NCBI GenBank assembly: GCA_017308475.1
Contig: JAFKEU010000004.1
Coordinates: 643,226-707,225, forward strand
Length of the DNA: 64,000 nt
Direction: 5' to 3'
DNA from: Alphaproteobacteria bacterium
GTDB taxonomy: Bacteria > Pseudomonadota > Alphaproteobacteria > Micropepsales > Micropepsaceae
In this document: piece by piece, positions 34,196 through 42,467 of the stretch
Layout: the number at the start of each line of letters is the position of its first letter
Position numbering within the stretch: the first letter of the stretch is position 1
Made by a program: the position numbers and the translations under genes
Notes under the pieces: model-generated
Seen by the model: the letters and a program-made list of their open reading frames with translations, nothing else
Databases searched by the model: none
What the model was told of the DNA's origin: nothing

Positions 34196-35341
34196 TTACA
34201 GTTCGAGCTTGAGCACGGTGCGGATGTAGTGGGCGGTGATGCGGGCACTTTCCATGGGCGGACGCCAGGGGGATGTGTCCAGTTCGACATTGAGATCGCC
34301 CTGCCACTTGATGGAGCGCAGATACGCCATGATCGCGGGAAAATCCACGCCGCCCTCGCCCAGAGGATAAAAATAGGGATCGTTCATCATGTCGCGCTGG
34401 GGTGTGGGCACATTCTTCGTGCCGCCGCGATCGGATTTGGCGGTATCCTTGAAATGATATTCGATCACCCGGTGACCCAGCTTTTTCGCCAGCGCCACGG
34501 GGTCCATTCCCGCCATGGTGATATGGCCGGTGTCCAGAACCAGGCCGACATTCTCGGGCCGCGTCGCGTCCATGATGACGTCGATCTCGTGCTGGTTCTG
34601 GATCTGGCTGCCCAGATGGGCGTGAACGCCGAACTTCATGCCGAGCTCCTCGCGGATGCGCCTGCCCAGAAGGTCGAGCGTCAGCGCGATCTCTTTCAGG
34701 TCGGCGTCGGGCGTGCCGTTCGGCTGCTTGCGCGGGCCCGTATTGGTCTTCTGGTGATCGCAGCCGAAGCGGCGCGAGAAGCGGGTCATGTTGAAATGAT
34801 TGTCCACGACCGCCTTTCGCTGGGCCGGATCGTGGAAGGCGACGGACCCGCCCGCCGCCCCGCCGGTGATGGCGACGAACTGCGCGCCGATTTCGTACAT
34901 GCGGTGCTGCAAGGCTTCCCAGCGGTCGGGATAATAGACCTCGCGCTTCGGCCGGGGCCCGGTGGGATATTTCCAGCTGTAGCCGCCCGGCCAGACTCTC
35001 ATCTTCCGGGTGTCGCGCGGCGGCGGCTCCAGCCCGTCCTTGGTGGCGCAGAAGGAGGAGCCGAAAATCTCGAAATAGCGGAAGCCGATCTCGCGGCCCT
35101 GTGAGATGCCGACGAAGGGATCGCCTTCCCAGCCGCCGCGCGTGTTGGTGGTATAGCCGATGCGGAATTGCTGCTGGCGCGGATAGTATTTCTGCACTTC
35201 CATCGCCGGCGCCCCATTGTAGGCGGGCCCTGTCACCTGCGCCTTCGCCTGCTCGCGCGAGGCCAACAGCCCGCCCGCGGCGACGGGCAGGCCGATGAGT
35301 GGCAAGCCAAAGAATTTCCTGCGATCCATCCTGTCCTCCAC
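34196..35341 (-). CDS. Xylose-isomerase-like TIM-barrel protein (sugar phosphate isomerase/epimerase family) with twin-arginine leader
   Basis: Leader M(EDRM)DRRKFFGLPLIGLPVAAGGLLASREQAKA-Q. AP-endonuclease-2/xylose-isomerase-like barrel segments (GVHAHLGSQIQ, VLDTGHITMAG, IEYHFKD). It ends 11 nt before the FAH gene start. Confidence 0.8.
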   Translation of the reverse strand: MEDRMDRRKFFGLPLIGLPVAAGGLLASREQAKAQVTGPAYNGAPAMEVQKYYPRQQQFRIGYTTNTRGGWEGDPFVGISQGREIGFRYFEIFGSSFCATKDGLEPPPRDTRKMRVWPGGYSWKYPTGPRPKREVYYPDRWEALQHRMYEIGAQFVAITGGAAGGSVAFHDPAQRKAVVDNHFNMTRFSRRFGCDHQKTNTGPRKQPNGTPDADLKEIALTLDLLGRRIREELGMKFGVHAHLGSQIQNQHEIDVIMDATRPENVGLVLDTGHITMAGMDPVALAKKLGHRVIEYHFKDTAKSDRGGTKNVPTPQRDMMNDPYFYPLGEGGVDFPAIMAYLRSIKWQGDLNVELDTSPWRPPMESARITAHYIRTVLKLEL

Positions 35342-35479
35342 TGTTTTTCTTTTCCCGCGCTGTCCGGCGCGCGGCGCACCTTAGACAAGCCCGCGGCGCT
35401 TCACCATCGCGTTTCGCGGCATGTGCGCCCCAGGATAAGGCCGATACGAGCCCCGATATGCAGGCGAAGATGCCGGCAG

Positions 35480-35508
35480 AAAAAAGCCCGGCGCTTTCGC
35501 GGCCGGGC
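35480..35508 (-). terminator. Intrinsic terminator downstream of the IclR gene
   Basis: The minus strand reads GCCCGGC-CGCGAAAGC-GCCGGGC-TTTTTT, a 7-bp GC stem followed by six U. Confidence 0.65.
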
Positions 35509-35648
35509 CAGGGTGTCCAGGCCACAGGGAATATGGCCCGGACCTCACGCATTCGCTGGAATGTTTCGCCGGCGAGACCACGGCTGTCAACGAGGAGTGA
35601 CCCGTGGTTTCGCATTGCGAAACGCGGCCGTGCGCCGTGCGCGGGGCG

Positions 35649-36521
35649 CTATCGCGCCGCGCGGGCTCTGTCCCGCTGCGCGGGGCTTCTGTCCCGCTGT
35701 ACAGGGCTTCTGTCCCGCTGCGCGGGACCGGCCGCCGGCTTCTCCCGGATGGGGTGCTGCAGCGCAAGGCCCGGCGGCAGCGCGGGGCCGATGCATTCGC
35801 CCAGCATGCGCGCCAGCGCCGTCTGGCGCCGGCCATCCATGCGTTCGACCGGGGCGGTGATGGATATGGCCGCCACCGGCTGGGTGCCGCGCAGGATCGC
35901 CATGCCGATGCAGGTGACACCGGGTTCATTTTCCTGTTCCTCGCGGGAGAAGCCGCGGCGGCGCGCTTCCAGAAGCTCCTGCCACACCAGCTTCAGCGAG
36001 GCGCGCGTCTGGGGCGCACGGCGCGGGACCGAGCCCGGAAAGGCCGCGGCGAAGCTTTGAAAATCGACATATTTCTGGGACAGGATCGCCCGGCCAAGCG
36101 CGGTGGTCAGTGCGGGATTTCGCCAGCCGATCTCGGACCAGATGCGGATGGCGCGCTGCGGCTCGACCTTGTCGATATAGACCACCTGTTCGCCGGTCAG
36201 CACGCCCAGATGACAGGTCTCGCCCGCCTTGATGCACAGCGCCGCCAGCGCGTCATGGATGAGGCTGCGCAGCGATTCATCGCGCAGATGGGAATCGGCA
36301 ATCGCCAGCAGCGAAGGTCCCAGCCGGTAATTGCCGTCCTGGGTCTGTTCGACGAAGCCACGATGGCGCAGGGCGGCCAGGGTGCGATGGATCGAGGACT
36401 TGTTGAGGCCCAGATCGGCGGCCAGCCGGGTCAGAGGCAGGCCCTCCGCACCGGCATCGCCCAGGCGCTGCAGCGCCCTGAGCGCCTTGTCGACGCTTCC
36501 CAGCGGAGAATTCCCGGCCAT
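35649..36521 (-). CDS. IclR-family transcriptional regulator with repeat-encoded C-terminal tail
   Basis: HTH region VDKALRALQRLGDAGAEGLPLTRLAADLGLNKSSIHRTLAAL. An IclR effector domain follows. Start at MAGNSP (ATG at 36521). The last ~30 aa are encoded by the 21-bp tandem repeat. Confidence 0.9.
   Translation of the reverse strand: MAGNSPLGSVDKALRALQRLGDAGAEGLPLTRLAADLGLNKSSIHRTLAALRHRGFVEQTQDGNYRLGPSLLAIADSHLRDESLRSLIHDALAALCIKAGETCHLGVLTGEQVVYIDKVEPQRAIRIWSEIGWRNPALTTALGRAILSQKYVDFQSFAAAFPGSVPRRAPQTRASLKLVWQELLEARRRGFSREEQENEPGVTCIGMAILRGTQPVAAISITAPVERMDGRRQTALARMLGECIGPALPPGLALQHPIREKPAAGPAQRDRSPVQRDRSPAQRDRARAAR
35663..35724. repeat. Tandem repeat, 3 copies of about 21 bp (GGGCTTCTGTCCCGCTG + CGCG/TACA)
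   Basis: The copies lie at 35663-35682 (20 nt, one T missing), 35683-35703 and 35704-35724. On the minus strand they encode AQRDRSP / VQRDRSP / AQRDR.. at the IclR C-terminus. Confidence 0.8.
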
Positions 36522-36653
36522 TTTTCGCCTTGTGATCTGGCGCCGCCCATTGCGAGGGACGCGGGTTTGCCCATAAGAAACACCAGCGGACGCGGGCACG
36601 CAATCGTTTCAGGCTCCCGCCCGGCCCAGGACCGCATTTGGGGAACAGGACAT

Positions 36654-37403
36654 ATGAGCATCTATCAAGGCCGCTTTGCCGGTCGCACCGCGGTCATCAC
36701 CGGCGGCGCCTCGGGCCTGGGACTTGAAACGGGGCGGCGCATCACCGCCGAAGGCGGCAAGGTCGTGCTGTGGGACTTGAACCCAGACCCGCTGGCGGCG
36801 GCGAAACAGCAAACCGGCGCGGTCCATGCCATCGCGCTGGACGTTTCCGATCCCGGCGCAGTCGAGGCGGTGGCCGCCGAAAGCAGAAAACTGCTGGGCC
36901 GGATCGACATTCTGGTCAACAGCGCCGGCATCACGGGCGCCACGCATCCGGTGATCGGCTATCCCATCGACAGCTGGATCAAGGTGTTCGACGTCAACGT
37001 GCACGGCCTGTTCTATTGCTGCCGCGCCATCGCGCCGATGATGGTGGAAGCCGGTTATGGCCGCATCGTCAACATCTCGTCGGTGGCGGGCAAGGAAGGC
37101 AATCCGAATGCCAGTTCCTATTCCGCCTCCAAGGCGGCGGTGCTTGGCTTCACCAAGTCGCTGGGCAAGGAGCTGGCCACTCAAGGGGTGATCGTCAATG
37201 CGGTGACACCCGCCACCTTCGACAGTCCGATCCTGCAGCAGGTGCCGCAGAGCCATATCGACTACATGAAGTCGCGCATCCCGATGGGCCGACTTGGCAA
37301 GTCCGAGGAGATCGCCGCCGCGGTGTGCTGGCTGGCCAGCGAGGAATGCTCTTTCACCACCGCCGCCACGCTGGATACGTCGGGCGGCCGCACGACCTAT
37401 TAG
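36654..37403 (+). CDS. Short-chain dehydrogenase/reductase (SDR, FabG-like)
   Basis: TGGASGLG cofactor motif, NSAG, and catalytic YSASKAA. ATG at 36654. Divergent from the IclR gene. Confidence 0.9.
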   Translation: MSIYQGRFAGRTAVITGGASGLGLETGRRITAEGGKVVLWDLNPDPLAAAKQQTGAVHAIALDVSDPGAVEAVAAESRKLLGRIDILVNSAGITGATHPVIGYPIDSWIKVFDVNVHGLFYCCRAIAPMMVEAGYGRIVNISSVAGKEGNPNASSYSASKAAVLGFTKSLGKELATQGVIVNAVTPATFDSPILQQVPQSHIDYMKSRIPMGRLGKSEEIAAAVCWLASEECSFTTAATLDTSGGRTTY

Positions 37404-38497
37404 GCCGTCGCTTTCGCCTCTTCGTTCGCGTGGCAATCCTGCATTTGCTCCGCTGGGGGAAGGGACAGGCAGAGGTCCAGCACGAACGGGCCGATCTTCT
37501 CCAGCGGCAGCTGGTGCAGCACCGCGCCGGTCTCGAAGGCGGCGCGCGGCATGCCATAGACGACTGAGCTGGCTTCATCCTGGCCAACGGTCTGTCCGCC
37601 CGCACTGGCCAGTGCGCCAAGCCCGTCAGCGCCATCGCGGCCCGTGCCCGTCAGGATCACACCCACGGCCTTGCGCGCGCAATGGCGCGCCAGGGAATGA
37701 AACATCCGGTCCACGGAGCCGCGATGACCACCGACAGGACCGTCCGTCAGGCGGCAGCGCGGGTTGGTGCGGCCGCCCACCTCCAGATGGGCGCCGCCGT
37801 CCGGCACCAGCCACACCTGGCCGGGGGTGAGCGGTGCGCCATCCACTGCCTGGTCGACATGCGGCGCGCACAGCCTGTCCAGCCGCGCCGCAAATGAAGC
37901 CGTGAAGCCCGCCGGCATGTGCAGGGCGACCAGTGTGGGCGGGCAGTTGGCCGGAAAGTGGGAGAGCAGTTGCGCCACTGCTTCCACTCCGCCCGTCGAT
38001 GCGCCAACGGCGATGATGCGATCGTCGAAGCAGCGCGGCGCGGAAGGTACGCTGGCGGCCCGCATGAACGGCCGCACCTTCGCGGAGGCGGCGCCGCGCA
38101 CCTTGGCAATCAGTTCCTGTGCCGCGCCGTCCAGATGGGCCGCGACATTGTGCGTCGGCCTGGCGAAGCAGTCGACCGCACCCAATGCCAGCGCATCCAG
38201 CGTCACTTCGGTGCCGCGCGCGGTGAGCGTGGAGATCATCACCACCGGCGTGGGGCAGGCGCGCATCAGCCCTTCCAGCAATTCCAGCCCGCTCGTCCCC
38301 CGCATTTCCACATCCAGGGTCAGGACGTCGGGATCCAAACTCCTGATCAACGCGCGCGCAGCATCGGGGTCGGGCGCCTCGCCAACCACTTCGATGCCCG
38401 GGTCTCGCGAAAGGACGGCGCGCAGCAGCCCCCGCATGGCGGCGCAGTCGTCGACGATCAGCACGCGTATCTTCCTGCCGGGCGATCTGCTGGCCAT
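37400..38497 (-). CDS. cheB: Chemotaxis response regulator protein-glutamate methylesterase
   Basis: Receiver domain (IRVLIVDDCAAMR, DVLTLDVEM) plus a methylesterase domain with triad contexts (AVGASTGG, VALHMPAGFT, GTGRDGADGL). Confidence 0.9.
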   Translation of the reverse strand: MASRSPGRKIRVLIVDDCAAMRGLLRAVLSRDPGIEVVGEAPDPDAARALIRSLDPDVLTLDVEMRGTSGLELLEGLMRACPTPVVMISTLTARGTEVTLDALALGAVDCFARPTHNVAAHLDGAAQELIAKVRGAASAKVRPFMRAASVPSAPRCFDDRIIAVGASTGGVEAVAQLLSHFPANCPPTLVALHMPAGFTASFAARLDRLCAPHVDQAVDGAPLTPGQVWLVPDGGAHLEVGGRTNPRCRLTDGPVGGHRGSVDRMFHSLARHCARKAVGVILTGTGRDGADGLGALASAGGQTVGQDEASSVVYGMPRAAFETGAVLHQLPLEKIGPFVLDLCLSLPPAEQMQDCHANEEAKATA

Positions 38498-38621
38498 GTC
38501 CTTGGGTCCGTTCCGCCAATGGGCGGCTTGTGGTTGTACGATAGAAAAACACCCGCATAGATTGCATTCGAGCCGTTAATGCCCGGTTAACGACGCCGAA
38601 AGAGCCGGATTTTCTGCTTGC

Positions 38622-40664
38622 TCAAAGGGCCGTGCGGAACTGCAGGTAGAAGCGGGGAACCGTCCGTAGGCGGATCAGCTGCACGCTCGGGGCGCCGTTC
38701 TGGTCGCGCGGACCGGGATAGTCGAACTGGTCGATGCCCAGCCGCCAGGGCAGGAAATTGTCCGCCCCGACGGTGACCTTCCAGTCCGGGGTCGGCTTGT
38801 AGGACCAGAAGATACTGAGCAGCGGATTGTTGTGGATCGACACGCGCCGGATTTCGGAGATACGCCAGGTGGTGCGGCTGAAGCTGGTGCCCCATGACAG
38901 GCCCCAGGTGGATTTCCAGGCATCGATGTCCTGGGTGAAGTTGTAATAGGAGCTGATGTCGCGCTGGCCCGAGATGCGCCGCCGCTCGCCGGTCACCGGA
39001 TCGATCAGACTGCTGTCGGTCCAGTAGACATTGGGCTTGAGCAGGCCATTCTTGATGCCCAGGAAATCCAGGGGGATGGTGCCGCTTACGGTGATCTGTT
39101 CGCTGGTGGCATTGGGAATGTTGCCCGGCGCATCCAGCCCGCCGCCGACCGGGATGTAGTCCTGAAGATCGGTGATCTCTTCGTGCAGGTAGCTCACCAC
39201 CAGGGCGCCACGGCCCCAGAAGTGCCGCTCGCCGGCCAGCTCGAACTGCCAGCGCTGGTCGGGCCTGAGATTGGCGCCGCCCGCTGCCACGCCATAGGCG
39301 GGAAGATTGGAGGAGGCGACAAAGTTTGCAAAGTCCAGCTGGCCCAGCACTTTTTCGGCGCGCAGGCGAAACTGGGTCTGGTCATCCGGCGACCATGACA
39401 GCAGCACGCGCGGCTTGGGATAGAAGAAACTGCGTGTGGACTGGCTGTCGCCGGTTTCGTGGATGGTGGAAAATTCAAAGCGGGAGCCGGCTTCCAATGA
39501 CAGCGTGCTGAGGAATTTCCAGGTCGCGCTGCCGAACATTTCACCGCGCTTTTCATCCACCCGCACATTGGCGTTGGGCAGGCTCACCGCGGCGCCATTG
39601 TCGACATAGCTGGAGTGGCCGTCGAGATAGTTGTAGGCGAGCTCGCCGCCGCCTTCGAAGCTGAGGTCGGGCGACAGCGTATAGCGTACCGTGGTGCGGA
39701 AGATGCTCTCGCCCGTATTCCTGCGGGACAGGAACAGCGCATTGTCGGTGGGCGTGTTGCTGCTGCTGCTGTCTTCACGATGACCCAGACGCTGCAGGAA
39801 CAGCGTCTCGATGTTGAAGCCGCCGAAGATGCCCTGCCAGTGGCTGCCGAACTCGCCGGTGCGTTCCTTTGTGATCGAGGGATAGCGCGAGATGTCGGCT
39901 GAACCGGCGTAGACGATGCCGTAAGGATAGTCGGTGGTCTGCAGGGTCAGATTGTTGTTCCACTCGCCGCTCAGCAGCGGCACGGTGGCGCTGCCGTGCG
40001 CGCTGTAGCCGGAGCGGATGATGCCCCAGGACTGGGCATGGTCGCGCTCGGTCGTGCCGCCCGCCGGCGTCAGCAGGCGATAGCCGACGCCGGGGCCATC
40101 GTCCCAGACCTGGCCGATGCGGCTGATTGTGCCCTCATAACGCAGCGTGCCGCGCTGGCCGTGATATTCCAGGCTGCCATATGGCACCCATTGCCCCGAG
40201 CCCAGGAACGTGGTGGCGGCATCCACGATCAGCTGGTCGCTTCCCCCGTTGCTGCGGATGATATTGGCGACAACGCTCTGGCCCTGCATGTCCACGCCCG
40301 GCGCGCCGCCGCGAATGACCTCGATGCGTTCGACACGGGAGGCCGGGATTCGCTGCAGGATTGTGGAGATGTCGTCGTTCTTGGCGGTGGGCCGCGCACC
40401 GTCAATGAGGATGTTGCTCGCCGTTCCGGCAAAGCCGCGCACTGCTGTCGAATTGTCGGTGTCGAGCGTAAACCCCGGCAGGCGCTGGACCATGTCATAG
40501 GCGGTCGCGGGCCGGGCCTCGGCGAAGAAGTCGGCCTGGTAGACCGATATCGCTTCCCCCTCCGTCGTGGCCGCGGCATCCGGCCCGGCGCCGAGGGCCG
40601 GCCCGACCGCCGCTCCCATCAGCCAGATTGCCAAAATCCAGGAAATCCCCGCATTTCTGGACAT
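38622..40664 (-). CDS. TonB-dependent outer-membrane receptor
   Basis: Signal peptide, a plug domain (RLPGFTLD, VRGFAGTASNILIDGARP, RVERIEVIRGG) and a long beta-barrel of alternating-pattern strands. No FecA-type N-terminal signalling extension. Confidence 0.9.
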   Translation of the reverse strand: MSRNAGISWILAIWLMGAAVGPALGAGPDAAATTEGEAISVYQADFFAEARPATAYDMVQRLPGFTLDTDNSTAVRGFAGTASNILIDGARPTAKNDDISTILQRIPASRVERIEVIRGGAPGVDMQGQSVVANIIRSNGGSDQLIVDAATTFLGSGQWVPYGSLEYHGQRGTLRYEGTISRIGQVWDDGPGVGYRLLTPAGGTTERDHAQSWGIIRSGYSAHGSATVPLLSGEWNNNLTLQTTDYPYGIVYAGSADISRYPSITKERTGEFGSHWQGIFGGFNIETLFLQRLGHREDSSSSNTPTDNALFLSRRNTGESIFRTTVRYTLSPDLSFEGGGELAYNYLDGHSSYVDNGAAVSLPNANVRVDEKRGEMFGSATWKFLSTLSLEAGSRFEFSTIHETGDSQSTRSFFYPKPRVLLSWSPDDQTQFRLRAEKVLGQLDFANFVASSNLPAYGVAAGGANLRPDQRWQFELAGERHFWGRGALVVSYLHEEITDLQDYIPVGGGLDAPGNIPNATSEQITVSGTIPLDFLGIKNGLLKPNVYWTDSSLIDPVTGERRRISGQRDISSYYNFTQDIDAWKSTWGLSWGTSFSRTTWRISEIRRVSIHNNPLLSIFWSYKPTPDWKVTVGADNFLPWRLGIDQFDYPGPRDQNGAPSVQLIRLRTVPRFYLQFRTAL

Positions 40665-40779
40665 CGTTCTCGCGATCCCATGCTTAGCAGTACAGCCTGT
40701 ATTGCATTATACCTTGCATAACATGGTATGATTGTCTATACCGCTTCCAGATGCTCTCGCCCCTCGATGGAGATCCGCC

Positions 40780-41472
40780 ATGAAAAGCTTCGTCGCCCTC
40801 ACCGTCTTCGCACTGTCGCTCTGCGCCACGGTGTCCGCCAGCGGCCAGTCCTGCGAGCTGGACGCCTGCACCTGGAGCGATGGCTTCATTCCGCAGCAGC
40901 CCAGCGTCTCAAAGCCCGGCTACCGGGAATGGGCGTGGGACGGCAAAGACGGTCTTGGCGTTTCGGTGCCGGCCACGGTGCATTACGAACGCGGCGGCCC
41001 CGCCCGCATCGTGATCACGGGACCGGAAGACACACTGACGCATCTGCGGGTGGGCCAAGGCCAGATCCGTCACGACAACAGCCGCGACCTGTTCCGTGAG
41101 GGCCGCCTGGAGATCACGGTCAGCGGCGTGACGCTGCGCGCGGTGATGCTGGCGGGCTCGCCCACCATCGAGCTGGGACGACTGGATCAGGACAGGCTCA
41201 GCCTCGCCATCAATGGCAGCGGCGTGGCCGGCGGCGAAGGCCGGGTGGATCAGGTCAAGCTCGCCATTCACGGCTCCGGCAAAGCCGATTTCGGCGGCGT
41301 CACCGCGCGGCGCGCCGACATCAGCATTGCCGGCAGCGGCACGGTCAGTGTCGGCCCGCGGGAAGCTGCCAACATCGCGATCACCGGGTCCGGAATTGTC
41401 CGCCTGACGGCAAGACCGGCCGAGTTGCATCGCGCGATTACCGGCTCCGGCGATATCCGGGTTGTCGACTGA
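40780..41472 (+). CDS. Secreted DUF2807 / GIN-domain (beta-helix, LiaG/YvlB-like) protein
   Basis: Signal peptide MKSFVALTVFALSLCATVSA. Periodic GSG repeats (INGSGVAG, IHGSGKADF, IAGSGTVSV, ITGSGIVRL, ITGSGDIRV). Confidence 0.75.
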   Translation: MKSFVALTVFALSLCATVSASGQSCELDACTWSDGFIPQQPSVSKPGYREWAWDGKDGLGVSVPATVHYERGGPARIVITGPEDTLTHLRVGQGQIRHDNSRDLFREGRLEITVSGVTLRAVMLAGSPTIELGRLDQDRLSLAINGSGVAGGEGRVDQVKLAIHGSGKADFGGVTARRADISIAGSGTVSVGPREAANIAITGSGIVRLTARPAELHRAITGSGDIRVVD

Positions 41473-41502
41473 GCGGGAGCATCAGGGCCGGGCGGCGACG
41501 CG

Positions 41503-41913
41503 TTGCGAGAGGAACCACCGACCGCTAGCCTTGCGGGCGAGTCCCAGACGCCATCCTTTCCGCCGCCAACCCCGGACGAAACGCATTTGCCCGAAAGCAT
41601 TCAGACACAGCTCAGGAAAGGCGTGCTGGAATTGTGCGTGCTGACCCTTCTTTCCCGTGCCGACGCCTATGGCTACGAAATCGCCAGCCGGCTGATGCAG
41701 GAGGTGGGCATGGGGGAAGGCACCATCTATCCCCTGATGCGGCGCATGCAGAACGACGGGCTGGTCACCACCTATCTGGTGGAGGTGCCGGGCAGTCCGC
41801 CGCGCAAATACTACCGCATGACCGATCTGGGCAGGACCACGCTGGCGGCGCAGCGCGGGGAATGGAAAGGCTTCATGGTCGCAGTCGAAAAACTGCTGGG
41901 GGACGAACCATGA
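41503..41913 (+). CDS. PadR-family transcriptional regulator
   Basis: LRKGVLELCVLTLLSRADAYGYEIASRL..GTIYPLMRRMQNDGLV..PRKYYRMTDLG is a canonical PadR winged helix. The start is uncertain (TTG at 41503 or TTG at 41587). Confidence 0.85.
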   Translation: MREEPPTASLAGESQTPSFPPPTPDETHLPESIQTQLRKGVLELCVLTLLSRADAYGYEIASRLMQEVGMGEGTIYPLMRRMQNDGLVTTYLVEVPGSPPRKYYRMTDLGRTTLAAQRGEWKGFMVAVEKLLGDEP

Positions 41914-42467
41914 CACGCGCGCTGTTCATCGCCCGCCTGCGCCACGGCCTGCAGGGCCTGGCTGCGGATGATATCGACGAGATTGTGGCCGATTACGAAG
42001 CCCATTTCAGCGATGCGCTGGCGGCGGGGCGTGACGAGACCGATGTCGCCGCATCGCTGGGCGATCCCTTGCAGCTGGGACAGGAATTGAAAGCCGAAAC
42101 AAGGCTGCGCCACTGGGAGGCCAGGCGCAACCCCACGAACTTCCTGCGCGCGGGCGCGGCCCTGCTGCCCGCTTTCACCCTGGCGGTGCTGATTCCGGTG
42201 ATTGGAGCGCTGATCGTCTGCGCCGCCGTGGCCGCCTATGTGCTTTACATCGCGGCGGGCACGGGCCTGCACCTGGCGGCAGGACTGATGGCGGGCGGCG
42301 TGCTGGTGCCCTCGCTGATCGGTATCGGCCTGATCTTCGGCGTGGCCGGCATCGGCACGCTGATCGCGCTGGCGCTGGACAGCGGCCTGCGCCTTCTGGG
42401 CCGCCATGTGCGGCTGAACTATCAGCTTCTGCGCACGCCGGTCGCCGGCCGCGGGGATGAGGACTAG
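41910..42467 (+). CDS. DUF1700/HAAS-type membrane protein (PadR-associated sensor/anchor)
   Basis: ATGA overlap with padR. The N-terminal helical part FIARLRHGLQGLAADDIDEIVADYEAHFSDAL is typical of DUF1700. It is followed by several TM helices. Confidence 0.7.
   Translation: MTRALFIARLRHGLQGLAADDIDEIVADYEAHFSDALAAGRDETDVAASLGDPLQLGQELKAETRLRHWEARRNPTNFLRAGAALLPAFTLAVLIPVIGALIVCAAVAAYVLYIAAGTGLHLAAGLMAGGVLVPSLIGIGLIFGVAGIGTLIALALDSGLRLLGRHVRLNYQLLRTPVAGRGDED

Noticed and set aside
33036-35615. 859-aa ORF suggesting a giant fusion protein.
   Set aside because: Only the last 382 aa (from the ATG at 34184) look like a real FAH-family protein. The upstream part overlaps the TIM-barrel gene (34196..35341) in another frame and is Arg/Pro/Gly-rich noise.
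35663-35724. CRISPR-like array.
   Set aside because: The repeats are directly abutting 21-mers with no spacers. They lie inside a coding region, and no cas genes are present. This is a simple tandem repeat.
35604-36653. Upstream 350 codons of the 599-aa ORF that ends as the SDR.
   Set aside because: They are antisense to the clear IclR gene. The SDR has its own ATG at 36654, immediately before the TGGASGLG cofactor motif.
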